A stretch of DNA of 64,000 bases from the human T2T-CHM13v2.0 reference genome, Homo sapiens, in NCBI RefSeq assembly GCF_009914755.1, contig NC_060932.1. The stretch is one strand, 5' to 3'. Made by a program: the position numbers and the translations under genes. Positions 15,905 through 30,487 of this stretch are shown one piece after another. The notes beneath the pieces were generated by a model, which was not told where the DNA came from, searched no databases, and worked only from the letters and a program-made list of their open reading frames with translations. Within the stretch, counting starts at the first letter, position 1. Every line of letters starts with the position of its first letter.

Positions 15905-18310
15905 CCAATTATCTCTTGCTGCGAAACTAATTATCTCAAAATATAGTGACTTGAAATGAAAGGCATTTTATTATATCGCATGATTGTGTTGATTAGAACT
16001 TGGGCAGGCCTGGCTGGGTGGTTTTCTCCCTTTGACATTGACTGACATTGTTCACATAACTTCACTCTCATGCCTTGTACTTGGAGAGTGACATCTGGAA
16101 GACTGGCTGCAGCTGGGCTCCTTAGTTCAAATTCTCCTTTCCTTACCCATGTATTCTTAGGTCTTCTCCATGTGGTGTCTTCACCTGGGAAATCAGATTT
16201 TTAAATGGTAGCTCAGAGCTTTAAGAGATAAAGGCAGAGACTTCTAATCTTCTTAAAATCTAGCCCTGCAACTGCCATAATGTCACTCTCACTCCATCCC
16301 ACCATGCCATGTGCTCAGAGGACTCTCAGTCCAATGGGAAGGAAAATAAATCCAACCACCCAATGGGAGAAATGTCAGAGAATTTGTTGACATCATTACT
16401 CTGCTACCAACTTTCCTACAGCCACAAATTATTTATATTTATCCCACATGGAAAATGTGTTAATTTCCTCCATGATACCCAAAGTCTCATTCGACTTTCA
16501 TATCATCACAAAGTCCAGAATCTTGTTATCTAAATCAGGACCATGTTATGAATCTCCTCAAGAGGGGTTCCAGTCAACTAAAGAGACAAATCATCTACAC
16601 TCCCCTACACCAAACATAAAATGTGAAACTGAGGTAGGGCAACCTTCGAAATGTGGGAAAATAAGAGCCACAAAACAGACTTCTTCATAGCAGCTCCGAA
16701 TCCAGCCAGTTACATGTTGACAGTTCCTTGATCAGGGCCCTGCCCTGGTTCCTGAAAAATATTCTCAGTTGTATTTGTATTCACTCTGTGGATTTGAGTC
16801 ATCCTTCCTTTCCTATTAAGAAATGCATCAGTTTTGCAGTTGAGTAGCCTTCTCAGCCTACTTCCTGCCTATGGAAGGTTAAGAGAATAAATACTATTTG
16901 TTTTTCATTTTGTACTGTGCATGTCTATTTTAGATCAAGCTGATAGTCTTTCAGCTAGAGTATAAATCTAAAAATTTATAGTTATCTAATATATCAAATT
17001 ATATTTCATTCCATTAGACAAAGGCCACACTCATATTACTTCACAAGACAGAAACTTACCTGACTTAAGCATTTTGTATTTTGGAAAAAGAAATTCTTAA
17101 TATTCTTTAAAATACTATTGCTTAACCAAAAGAATCTGTAAGGCATACCCTTATATATTTCTGTGGTATTTAACAAGGGAAGGGGCCTTACAGCCTCATT
17201 TTGACTTCAATCTTTTCCAGAGTTCTAGACTTACTGCCTTGGGCTTAATTTTTGCTCTAAGGACATTTCTGACTTTCAGAATATTTTGCTGGCTAGAAAG
17301 ACTTTTCTGTGCATTCTATATGTCCTCCAAGTTATGTTAAAAAATGAGGCAGTCCCTACCTTTCTTCTTATATTGTATTATAAACTAGACTATTTTACCA
17401 TAGGTAGAATAGTCAATATTTCAGCATTCTGTCTTGAAATCTCCTTAGCTAGATCATTGAGTTCATTAGTTAGGTACAATTTTGTATTTCCTATGTTACT
17501 TCTAGCCATAAGGATTGCCAAACTTTATGATACTACATGACTAGGGTCCCCTTTTCTTCAGTTGTTGTAACAATGTTCTCTTCGTTGTCTTTCAAGTATT
17601 CACGAATGATGTCCCCAAACTCTTCTAGCTTTCCCTAACAGTCTCCTTGAGGCCATTCTAGCATCTGCCACCAGTTTCAGATTTTTGTATTGAAATACTT
17701 CATTTCTGGTCACAAGTACTCTTTTTGTTATCTATTGCTTCGTAACAAAGTACCCAAACTTAGTGGCTTGAAATAGCAAATATTTACTTAACTCACACAA
17801 TTTTGTGGGTCAGGAATTTGGCAGGGCTCAGATGCATGATTCTGTCGCGCTATATGTCATCAACTGGGTCACTTAGTGGTGTATATCTAATGGGGAGACA
17901 TATCTGGAGGGTCCAAGTTAGCTTCATTTACTTTGCAGGGGATGTTGTAAACATTAGACTTAATTGCGCCCCTTTTCCTCTTCATGTAGCCTCAGAGCCC
18001 TTCCCTTCCTGACCCTCCTGCACCCTCTCCTACCCACCATAATTTTACTTGAAGGGTAGTCTGTTGGATCAGGATTTTACTTGAAAGGTAGTCTGTTGGA
18101 AAGGTAGTTTGTTGGATTTTCCTGAAAGGTACCTGTTGCATCAGGAGTTAAAGGGAAAAGGCAAAAACTAATCTTTTTTTTTTTTTTTTTTTTCCCCAAA
18201 GAATTGGCTCTCATTGGGAGATATTTACTTCTACTACATGCTATGGTCAGTCACAGATCAGGCCAGATACAAACGGAGAGAAAATAGGCCCCACACTTGA
18301 TGGAAGGAGT
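15905..18310 (-). mobile_element. MaLR (MLT1-type) element with two LTRs (~15905-16390, ~17727-18310) and internal region
   Basis: Two similar LTR starts (ttatctcttgctgcgaaactaattatctcaaaatatagtgacttgaaa / ttatctattgcttcgtaacaaagtacccaaacttagtggcttgaaa) and similar ends (ccacccaatgggaga / ccacacttgatggaagga) about 1.8 kb apart. Confidence 0.7.
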
Positions 18311-18462
18311 GTTATCTTATTCTTCCTTCAATGTTTATTTGCATAATCTGAGGTCTCAGTATAAATCAGACATACAAATTATTGGGAGGCTTGCACCCAA
18401 GGTACTAGTAGCTCTAATTTTGGAAGTTTGCATATCCAACATAAAAGCCTTTTTAAAAAATA

Positions 18463-19966
<1,504 letters not shown>

Positions 19967-20866
19967 TACAGTTTTGTGCTGTCTCATGCTCCTCCACTCT
20001 CCAAAATCAGTTCATCTCTTTCTCATATACAGCCTATTTCTTTCTTTTCTTCTTCTAACTTGACCCAACCTACTTAGGAAAATGTATGGGTTTGTCCCCG
20101 TTTTCTCTTTTTCTTCCTTTCTCTTTTATCTGTATGCTAAACAACATACTCTGCTTCATACTCATCCATGTCCTTATTGTTTCTAGAGCCCATACTCCAG
20201 CCTCATCTCATGCAACTTTCCGCTTTGCTCGCTGAATTTCTGCCACACCGTCTTGCACTTTGCAGGTTTTTCTTGCCTAAAATATGTGTGAACATTTCCA
20301 ACAATCCTCTGTTGTGGTTATCTGGACAATATGTCCTTCCTAGTGAATTGTAAGTTCCATGTAGACAAAGGCCTCGTCTGTTTCACTACTATTATTTGCC
20401 AGCAGCCAACACAGTTACTGATACACATTTGATGTTCAGAAATTATTTATTCAATAACTAATTAGAAATGTGAATACCATCAAAGTTAAGTGAAAAATTA
20501 GGAATAGAGATGTATCTATCCACAAAAAAGTGAAACATGTTAAAATGAAATTATAACTAGTTCCCAGTGTCACACTAACTATTAAAGCCTGTCAAAATGC
20601 CCAGAAATTGTTTGAGGCATTTCTACATAAATGTTCTTCTACCTCCTCCAACCCTGATATTTGAAATGAAGACATGCAACACATAAAATCTATTTCCAGT
20701 TAATTCTTGTTTAATGTTTAAGGTTAAAGCAGCATTATTTTCCTTCATTGGGTTAAATAGCCTTTTGGAGGCTAAACAGACAATAAATCAACATTGCTCA
20801 TCAAAAAAAATGCATTTTTGTTGTTCAAATTCCCAGTTTTGGCACACAACCACACTAAGTGGATAC

Positions 20867-21222
20867 CTGCCAAAATAATCTATAAGTATAGAAAAATAAA
20901 TAGGTTATGTGCCATTTTCCAACAGCATGGTACAGTTTTTGACAGCCATTTATATCTTTAGATTCTTTTTTACTATGAATTCAGAGACAGCATTTTGGAA
21001 GATTTCTAACCTATCTCCTCTTTATTGAATGTACACAACAAATGAATGTGAGTATTTGGGGAGGATTTTCTCCATTCTCATTGCATGAGTTTTCAGTGTT
21101 ACATTAAAAACTGTAGTTCCTCAACCCATAAGAACTACAACCTTCACAATCAGTGAAACTTTGTAAATATCTTCTAAAGCAGCAGTATTGGTTTAGTACA
21201 CTATAAATGCTTATCACTGCCT
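20867..21222 (-). pseudogene. Decayed exon, weakly PKD-like
   Basis: Acceptor attctag| and donor GCAG|GTATCC. One frame reads ...YKVSLIVKVVVLMG*GTTVFNVTLKTH...YSHSFVVYIQ*RGDRLEIFQNAVSEFIVKKNLKI*MAVKNCTMLLENGT*PIYFSILIDYFG. NAVS resembles the PKD N-x-V-S motif. Confidence 0.5.
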
Positions 21223-23254
21223 CTAGAATATTTAATGTTTTCTCTCTTCACAAAGTAATAAGATAATTTTTCTTAACAAATATTACCGATTTTAAAGTAT
21301 GAATCTTAGAATGTGAGCCCTGAAAAAGACCTTGAGAAGTCTTCTAGTCCACATCTTTGTATCCCTATAGGTCGACTACAGCCCACCCTGGATAATGTTC
21401 ATTGATCCCATATTTAAATACTTCAGCAGGAAGAGGGTTCTTTTTATTTTTGTCTGTGGTAGGTTTCGACGTTTAATAACCCATAAAGCTCTTAGGAAAT
21501 TTTTCCTTATATCTACCCTAAATTACCAATGGCACACGGATTTAGATTTGAATCTTAAGTAACTAGAATAAATTACCTCTGCTATGGAAATAGACACCCT
21601 CTCTGAATTTGAAAAACTGTAGTCTCTGTGAAATAAACTGAAAATATTACTTCTCAGGGATGGAGTACGTGATTTTCAGTCAAGTGTCCCAACTCCACAA
21701 AGTGCTTGTGCTATAGTAAGCTAAACGACTAAATGGTCTTGGTGCAGCCCTCCAAGACACTTGTGAGCAGTGTAAACACCAGAGCCAAAACAGAATGCAA
21801 GAGATGAACCATGACAAGAAATCAGACAAAATTATGGTCAAGAGCCATCTGGGTGATGGGTTATGCACACACATAGGCATCCCACACACATCTCAGCAAA
21901 CACTATGTTTAAGAAGATGAGGACAAGCTGAGCCAAGGCTCCTATGCCTATCAGTGCTTCATGAACTACAAGGGGACTTCACCAACAGAGACTCTTTTCT
22001 AGGATTTTATTCTGATAATACCACTGTATTATTTGTGACTACACAACTTACTTATCTACAGGTGAAAATCTTTCTTTTTACTCATCCTCTAAGTTCATTT
22101 TGCCTAATATTTGACCTTGACATCTGATGACACGTGATGGTGGAAGGTCAAGGGTTTATGTGAACAGTCAGCATACTCTAGGAATGGAAGAAGGTGAAAG
22201 TTAAAAAATAAGTAAGTAGAGTTGGCAAGTTATTCAAGTTCTTATTAGTTGTGTCACTTCAGGTAGATTATTTAAGCTTTTTAAAGCTAAGTTCCTTCAA
22301 CAGTAAAATAGATGTAACCGTATCTACATCATGAGTTTGTATAAGGATTAAGTGGGTGCCATTATTCATGAGAAAAGCTTCGTACTCTTAACTATTGTTT
22401 CTGACAGTTAATGTATGAAAGCATGAACATGCTAATATTAAAGAAGCTTCATTTATTTTTAATTCAGTAAGCATTTGCCTATCATCTACCTAAGTATAAG
22501 ATCTAGGTTCAGGCTTGTTGGTGAAATCAAGAATGAATTAGAGAAAAATCTTAAATTCAATCTGTGAAAAAGAGATGTGAGGCTTATCTATCAAAATGTA
22601 GGTACTCAATAAATATTTGTCAATATTGTCAACCAACATTTCCCCTTGTACAAAATGAAAAAAGTTATTATAATGCAATATATAGCAATATTGGAGAAAA
22701 GTCAAGCTAAAGGGTCATATAGTTCAAATGGGGGAAACAGGTTAAAAAATGTCCAGATATGTAGATAACATAGGTCAGGAAGGGTTACAGGGAATTTTGA
22801 AAGTGTATGTGGTTTGTGGTCCAGGAAAAATATCTTTTGCACCATTTGCCTTCTGAATTTTGTCTTCTGAATATTATGCGTTATTAGCAGTTCTCAAGAA
22901 TCCCTAGAAATATATTATTTTTCCAGTTTAGCTGCCCTAGAAGGAGAAGGACACTGTCTTACTACATTTAAGGATCTTTACAGATAAGTAATAGAATGGG
23001 ACATCAGTCTCCAAAGAGGATAATTTCACCATTCTGTTTGAGGACATGTCTTCACCCATGCTAAAGGTTATGTTTACTCCAGTCTGGTTTTCCATGTGAT
23101 TCTCCCTCTTTTCTCTACTTGCAATCTTCCCACTCTACTGGCTTATTCTGTGTAGTTCAAGCCTCTAGCAATAAGGGAATAAAATCCTTAAATCTTTCAT
23201 CTTTATTACATTCTTTCACATCACAACCAAGCTGCTTTAAAAAGCATGTTGTGA

Positions 23255-25300
23255 GACTTTCTGTTTTTGGTCTAGCCTGTAAATAGTTTGGAAGTCACTA
23301 TTCCATCCTAACAATAAGTAAAAAGATGAACAAATGGAAAACTCAACAATTCTTCTTAGATCTGAGAGAGAAGTGAGGCCACAGGGCAAGGTGGTATCTC
23401 AAAAACTGGAAAGAGAGATAGACAGGTGGATATAAAGAATCACAATTCACTGGAGCAGAAAGCCATGAGCAGCAACCTCCACAGGGAACCAGAGTCAGAT
23501 GAGGAAAACCTGAATTGTGATTGAGAAACTGATGAAGGCTCAGAGTAGACACATTTGAGAGACGCAGACTCCAGTGGGACCCAGTCATTGGGGGCCCCCA
23601 CATTTTTGTGCATTTTTTCCATCAAGAGCTCTGCCAACTTCTCACAGAGAAAACTGGAGAAAAATTCCCTCAGACTTTCAGCAGAAGGAGGGAGAAAATA
23701 ACCACTTTGAAATATACCAGAGCATTCTGTGTCTGTTCTATTTAACCAGATATTTTGCCAGAGCTTAACCTATTGGAATTTTTGTCAGAGCCTTGCCAAT
23801 CTCGAAGAGAGGAAATACCAAACTCCAGCCCCACCTAGCTATCCTGTGAAACCTAGGAGAGTAGGAAAAAATAAATAAGAAGCATTTGTCAATATTGTCA
23901 ACCAACATTTCCAGCCCCATGTGGCCATCCTGTAAAACCTAAAAGAAATTCCCAGCCTAAAGGAACTTCACAGACCAGGGCACAGGATTATTAAAATACT
24001 GAGACATAATCATAGGACTATAGGATGCTTCCTCTCCCTGGACACCTTACTAATACATGACTAAAGGCCTATTTAACATAGTTCCTTTACCCAGTACATC
24101 ATGTCTGCCTTTCAACAACAATGACAAATTACAAGACATACTAAAAGCCAAAACCAGAATTTGAAGAGACAGAGTAAACACCAGAACCAGACTCAAATAC
24201 AGCAGTGATGTTGTAATTATCAGACCATAAATTTAAAACAACTATAACTAATGTGCTAAGCGGTCTAATAGAAAAAACAGACAACATGCAAGAACAGATG
24301 GACAATGTAAGCAGAAAGATGGAAATTCTGAGCCAATCAAAAAGAAATGCTAAAGTTCAAAAACGCTGTAACAGAAATGAAGAATGTCTTTGATAGATTC
24401 CTTAGTAAACTTGACATGGCTGAGGAAAGGAATCACTGAGCTTGAGGATATGTCAATAGAAACTACCAAAACTGAAAAACAAAGTGAAAAAGACTAACAA
24501 AAAACTGGAACAGAATATCCAAAACTTGTGACATGATGACAAAAGGAATAACTTACATGTAATAGGAATACCAGAAGTAGATAGATGAAAGAGAGAAAGA
24601 AACAGAAGAAATATTTAAAGCAGGAATTACTGACAATTTCTCAAAATTAATGTCGGACACCAAAGTACAGATCAAGGAAGCTCAGAGCACACCAAGAAGG
24701 ATGAATGTCAAAAATACTACACCTAGACATATCATAAACTGCAAAAAAAAGAAGGTAAATAAATCATGTTAAAAGACATCAGAGGAAAAAAATATCTATA
24801 CAGGAACAAAGATAAAAATTATATCTGACTTCTAAGAAAGGAGTAGAGTGAAATATTAACAGCATTGAGGAAAAAAACCCAACAACCTAGAATTCTATAC
24901 CCTGCAAAATTATTCTTCAAAAATGAAGAAGAAATAAAGTCTGTCTCAGATAAACAAAAATTAAGTGAATTTGTTGGCAGGAAATCTGCCTTGCAAAAAT
25001 GTTAAAAGATCTTCAGAGTTAAAGAAAATTATATAGGTCAGAAACTGTGATCTGCATAAAGAGAGGAAAAACACTGGAAAATGAATAAATGAAGGAAAAA
25101 TAAAAACTTTTCTTATTCTTAATTGATCTAACATATAAAAATTTGTTTAAAATAATAATATCAATATATCCAATTATGCATTTCTATGTGAATATAATTA
25201 CATGTATGCTTGTGTATAAATGGAAAGAATACCAGAAATGATACAAGGCCCAGAAGGGAGAAATTAAGAATATTTTGTTATTTTAAGGTATTTGCCCTAC
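23255..25300 (+). mobile_element. Old L1M 5'UTR/ORF1 fragment
   Basis: ORF1-like text (gacaacatgcaagaacagatggacaatgtaagcaga, caacctagaattctataccctgcaaaattattcttcaaaaatgaag). Confidence 0.8.
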
Positions 25301-25909
25301 CCATGATATTTCTACCAGCATCCTGTTTAATATTCTATCATTTTCTAAGATAGAAATATCTATCTTAGATATTTCTAATATATTCAATATATTTCATAAG
25401 TCTCACTTCTTCTATACCCTCACCAGCAGCACATTTAAAGTCCATATCTCTAGCAACAATGTCTTTATGATTATTTAGATGATTACTATAACAACACCCC
25501 ACTATGGTACCCAAGTTTGTGTTAATTTCCCGTTCCTGCTGCAAAAGGTTACTATAAATTTAGTGGCTTAAAAATCACGTTTATTTTCTTATAATTGCAG
25601 AAGTCAGAAGATCAAAAACGGTTTCACTGGACCAAAGTCAGTATATCATCAAGGTTAGCTCTTCCAGAGGCTGTGTGAGAGGATTGGTTTCTTGTTTCTT
25701 CCACTTACAGAGGCTGCAGCATTCATTGGCCCCTGGGTATATCATTTCAATCTCCACTTCTATCGTCACCTTGCCTTATGATTGCTAAATCAATCATATG
25801 TTAGCATAAATGTATTGATTTCTCTTTGCTAGGGACCCTAAGCAAAAGCAACCATTGTTATTTGAAAAGCCAAGGAGAAATCAGAAATGAAAGGAAAACA
25901 AAAGAAAAC

Positions 25910-26071
25910 CTGGATTACTCTTCCTTATATGCTTCATGGTTACTCTTTTCTCAAAGTTTGGGGGATTAAAGGAGTAGTGTTAAAAAGGCCAAAGTTCCTA
26001 ATACAAATTCAAGTGTGCAAGAGTAATAACTTTGTTGAGCCACGTGCTAGCCTAGAATTCAGTCTGGTTTT
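25910..26071 (-). pseudogene. Possible decayed exon
   Basis: ccttag| ... CCAG|GT, 162 nt (phase 1-1): ENQTEF*ASTWLNKVITLAHLNLY*ELWPF*HYSFNPPNFEKRVTMKHIRKSNP. Confidence 0.25.
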
Positions 26072-26679
26072 CTAAGGTTTTGGCTTAAAATGTAAATAAG
26101 GACAGAACCTGTATAAGCTTTGTCCTGTAAACTTAATTCTTTTTATTACATAAAAATTTATAGTATGAGAATTTTTACTCCATGAACTGAGATGGTTCTT
26201 GCTTGTCATTTAAATATTGTGGCCTTAACCTTATTTCTTTGTAATAGTGCATTAGGAGCAGGCATTAGAAAACAGTAGGAAAAATTGAAGACTATTTGTC
26301 AGCAAACTGTGACGCAGATGAAGAAACATGACTAAACTTGTGAATGGTGGAGAAACCTGGGGAAGGGATGACTTACTGATTTGTTGGAGTGTGGCTTCAG
26401 AGTGCTAATGAAGATTATAATAGAATATAATGTTCACAATATTAGATTTCTGAAGGGATAAGAAAGAAATGTCCAGAGGAAAAAAGGTCAAAATCTGAAG
26501 AAGTGATGACTTAATAGAATGTCAAGCATTCTTTTCTGTGAGATGTGATATTTTAGTATCATTAGGATGAAGTGAGGAAATATAAACATGAGAGTCTATA
26601 GTAGAAAGAGGGAAACAAAATAACAGGTTATATGGTTTTTTGTGCTAACTTATATGTGCATTACAAGTGAATTCTACAG

Positions 26680-26835
26680 GAAGGATAAGGAGGAGGAGGA
26701 GTAGGAAAAGAAGTAGGAGGAGGAGGAAGGAGGAAGAACAAAGAGAAGAATAGAAGAAGAAAGAGAAAGAGCAGAAAGACAGCAGTAGCAGCAGTTCCAG
26801 CATAGACAAGAACAAGAGCAAGAATAAGAATAGGA
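26680..26835 (+). repeat. Purine-rich low-complexity tract, (GGA)/(GAA)/(GCA)/(AAGAAC)n
   Basis: Directly visible imperfect trinucleotide and hexanucleotide repeats. Confidence 0.9.
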
Positions 26836-28899
26836 AAGTCCTGATAAAAAGCTGAGTTGCTTCATGTGGTTCTGGAGAAATTGAACAGATTACAGCTCTT
26901 AAGGCAGGAGACCTCCTATCACAGTTAACACTCCAGCAAAAACTGAGAAGTATCAGATTTTGGCAATGGCTACCCCTAGAGGCAAGGCTTCCTGCCAATA
27001 AAGATCAACACTTGCAGAGAGCTTAATGTCTGCTAAGGACTACAATAGGTGCTATACATTAATTAAATAATTTAATAGTTATAAAAAGCCCATGAGATAG
27101 GTGAAATTATTACCCATATTTTACCAATTAGGAAATTCAGGAACAAAGAGGTTAAATAATTTACCCAAGTTAGTCAGTGCCCGAGCTGGGATTTAAACTG
27201 AGGCAATAAGAGAGGCCTGACATGAGCAACATGAAAAAGTAGGAGTTCCGAGCCTTCATCTCCCAACGAAAAGCAATAATTAGACATTTTTCATGAAGAA
27301 AATAGCTCTGGGAGAGTGCAAGAGTCCAGTTACAAAGCTACAGCAACACAGTAGTGCAAAGAGAGAGAAAGGAAGAGAGACTATTAACCACACAGAAGGG
27401 TAGGAAGAACAGTTTCATTCTGCCTTCATCATCCCATCCCTCAGGCCTATACAGCTCAGTGTCCAGAGGAATTTCCTCAGCCCATGAGTTCCCTTCATAG
27501 AGGAAATGAAAGGCAGAGTGAATGACCAGCTTCACTAGTTTTTGGAGCACTGCCCATGTGACCAAAATTATTTCACCCCACCCACTGGAGAGATCAGCAT
27601 AACCAAGGTATCTAGAGATGGCTAGGAGCAAAGAAGGAAGAAGCTGTCAGTATCATCAACACAGTGGGAGCCACTGCAGTCCACCGTGTCTTGCTCCTCA
27701 GAGAACCCCCACAGCCTTCACTAATGAGGACCTCAACAGCCATCATGAATGCCTTACTGTTTTTGCTGCAAGGACCCTGCAGTTTTTCACATTCACAGAC
27801 CACAGCTGCCCAGACTCCTAAACCATCCTGCCAGAAACATTCTATCCTGTGCCACCACAGGTGTTCCAGCTTCAGAACCCAGTTTAGCCACCACATGTAT
27901 GTCTGAAACCAGCTCCAGCCCCTGCAACCAGTGTTTCCCTCCTCCCCATTGTTCATGCACCCATGGTTGACCACTTGCATGTAGCCAATGCCAGCCCCAC
28001 TGACAGTCCCCTCTTCCACATTCATGCACATTGCCAGCCCTGACACCCACAACTGGGCATGCACAGACAGACAAACCCAAAGCCTGCCAACAGGCCCCAC
28101 CACTGTGCATACAGACACAGCTGGTCGCTGCAGCTGCTTGCATGCAGGCTGACAGCTTGGCCCTTGCAGGTGTTCATGCACACATGATCAGTCCCAACCC
28201 CCACCAATGCCAGACCCTACCACCAAGCATATGCATACCACTGACATAAGCCTGAGATGCCACCTGCCTTAGTCCCTTCCCACCAAAAGAAGATCACTGC
28301 TAAACCGAAAAGCACCTCCAAGGACCCAAACAACCCTCACAGCCAACACAGACATTTGTAGCTCTCACCCCATCGGCTGTGGAGTTGCTGCTGTTGCAGA
28401 CTGACCCCAGTTGCCTGATCCACGAGAAACTGCATCCTACTGCCACTTTTGGTGTCCCATGATAGTATACCCAGTGTTACTACACATTTGAATGTGCCCC
28501 CTCAACAACACCCAAGGAACTACACCCTACCTCCGTCAATGCTGAAGGTATTGCTGAAGGTCGTTTCTTACTAAGGAGTCCATAAAGTCCTAAGCAAGTC
28601 TACAAGGATTACAAAGACTCAGGGAAATATGACACTACCAAAGGAACAAAATAAACTTCCAGCAACTGACGTGAAATAAATAAATATCTGTAATTTGCCT
28701 GAAAAAAATTCAAAATATGTATGCTATAGAAGCTCAGTGAGCTACAAGAGAACACAGATACACAATTGAACAAAATCAGAAAAATAATATAAGAACAAAA
28801 TGAGACCAATAAACAAAAGTTAGAAAACATAAAAAAAAGAACCAAATAGAATTTATGGAGCTGAAGAATATGATAACAGAAAAAAAATACAACAGAAAG

Positions 28900-30252
28900 T
28901 GTATTAGTTAGGGTTCTCCAGAGGAACAGAACTAACAGGAGATGTTTGTGTGCATGTGTTTGTGTGTGTGTGTACGTATGAGTTCATTATGGAGGACTGG
29001 GTCAACATAATTTCAAAACAAAGTACTGATACAGTTCCAACGAGTGGAGGAACACCAGGGCTCTTGTCTTGTGCGAATTGAATAAAACGACATGGACACA
29101 CATGGAGTGGCTTTAAGGAGCAGAGGGTTTAATAGGCAAGAAAGAAGGGAGAAGAAAGAAGGAAGAAGCTCCCATGTACAGAGACAGACCGGAGGTGGGG
29201 GGTGGTGGCTCCAAAGCCAAGAGAGGAGACCCCGAGTGTGGTGGATACCAGCCAGTTTTATGTGAAGGTTGGAGGAAAGGGTGTCTGATTTGCATAGGGC
29301 TCAGGGGATTGGTTTGACCAGGCATGTCATTCACATAGCCCTCAGAAAAAACTGGCCCTCCTACCCTAGCCTTTTAATATGCAAATGCAAGATACCATGA
29401 CGTTCTACACACGTGGAGATATGTGCGGGTGGCATGTTGCCAGGCACTTATGGGGTCAAGGGCAAGAGGGCAATGGTGGGAATCACCATGTTGTGTGGAC
29501 CCAATTTCTAATGACCTGCATTTGCATATCAAAGGTTGCTGGCCCAGCTCTAAGAGCCAGGGCTGCTTTAAAAGAGAAAAAAACTCTGGAGCTGAAAAAC
29601 TTCTGGAGCTGCTTTAAAAGATAAAAAAACTTTCCAAGGACTCCTTTTCCTCTCTATCTGACTGAAATAATTTTTAAATAACTCCTACCACAGTACCACT
29701 TAGTCTATCTGCAAGCAGGGGAAAGAAAGAATTTTCTGACACAATTACAAAAACAAAGTACCACGTTAGGCTGTCTGCAAGCAGGGGAAAGAGAGAAGCC
29801 AGTAGCGTGGCTCAGTTCAAGTCCAAAAGCCTCAAAACCAGAGAAGCCAACAGTGCAACCCTCAGTCAGAGGCCAAAGGCCCATGAACCCTTGGGAGGCA
29901 GCTGGTGCAAGTCTCAAAGTTCAAAGGTGAAAGAAGAACCAGGAGTTTGATGTCCAAGGACAGGAGGAGAGGAAGTCAAGCATCCAGCACAGCATGGGAA
30001 GAGAGAGAGCAAGCTGACTCAGCAAGCAAACTACCTGTCCCCCTTCTTCCACCTGCTTTGTTCTAGCTGCTCTAACAACCAATTGGATGATGATCACCCA
30101 ACATTGAGGTGGGTCTTTCTTTCCCAGTCCTTTGATTCAAATGTCAGTCTCCTCTGGCAATACCCTCACAGACACACCCAGGAACAATGCTTTATCAGCC
30201 TTCTAGGCATCCCTCAATCCAGTCAACTTGACACCTAATATTAACCACCACA
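28900..30252. mobile_element. MLT2-type (ERVL) solo LTR with a (TG)n stretch, interrupted by an ERV1 LTR
   Basis: tgtattagttagggttctccagaggaacagaac ... aacttgacacctaatattaaccaccaca; 5 bp TSD gaaag/gacag. Confidence 0.85.
29027..29692 (-). mobile_element. ERV1-class solo LTR (LTR19-like; subfamily uncertain)
   Basis: TG...CA termini, 4 bp TSD GTAC (29023-26, 29693-96), ATTAAA on the minus strand at ~29128-29133, octamer-like motifs (atgcaaat, atttgcat). Confidence 0.8.
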
Positions 30253-30487
30253 GACAGCTACAGTAGCAAACTCAATCAAGCAGAAGAAACAATTCTCAGC
30301 ACACTCAAAAACAAATTTGAAATTACATAGTCTGAGGAGATCAGAGAAAATACATTTTAAAACAGTGCAGAAAATCCACCAAATTTATGAGACATCATTA
30401 AGAAAAATCAATATACAAACTACAGGCATCCAGGATCCAGGAGGAGAAGTGAGAATGAAAGGAGCAACAAACTTATTTTTTTAAAAA

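Noticed and set aside
18040-18140. CRISPR-like short direct repeats
   Set aside because: Eukaryotic context, no unique spacers and no cas genes; ordinary slippage duplications within an LTR.
26645-26998. Hydrophobic 117 aa ORF
   Set aside because: Translation of the pyrimidine strand of a low-complexity GA-rich tract.
27338-28249. Cluster of overlapping ORFs up to 189 aa
   Set aside because: Lies in the C-rich, internally repetitive 5'UTR of an old L1, which is poor in stop codons by composition.
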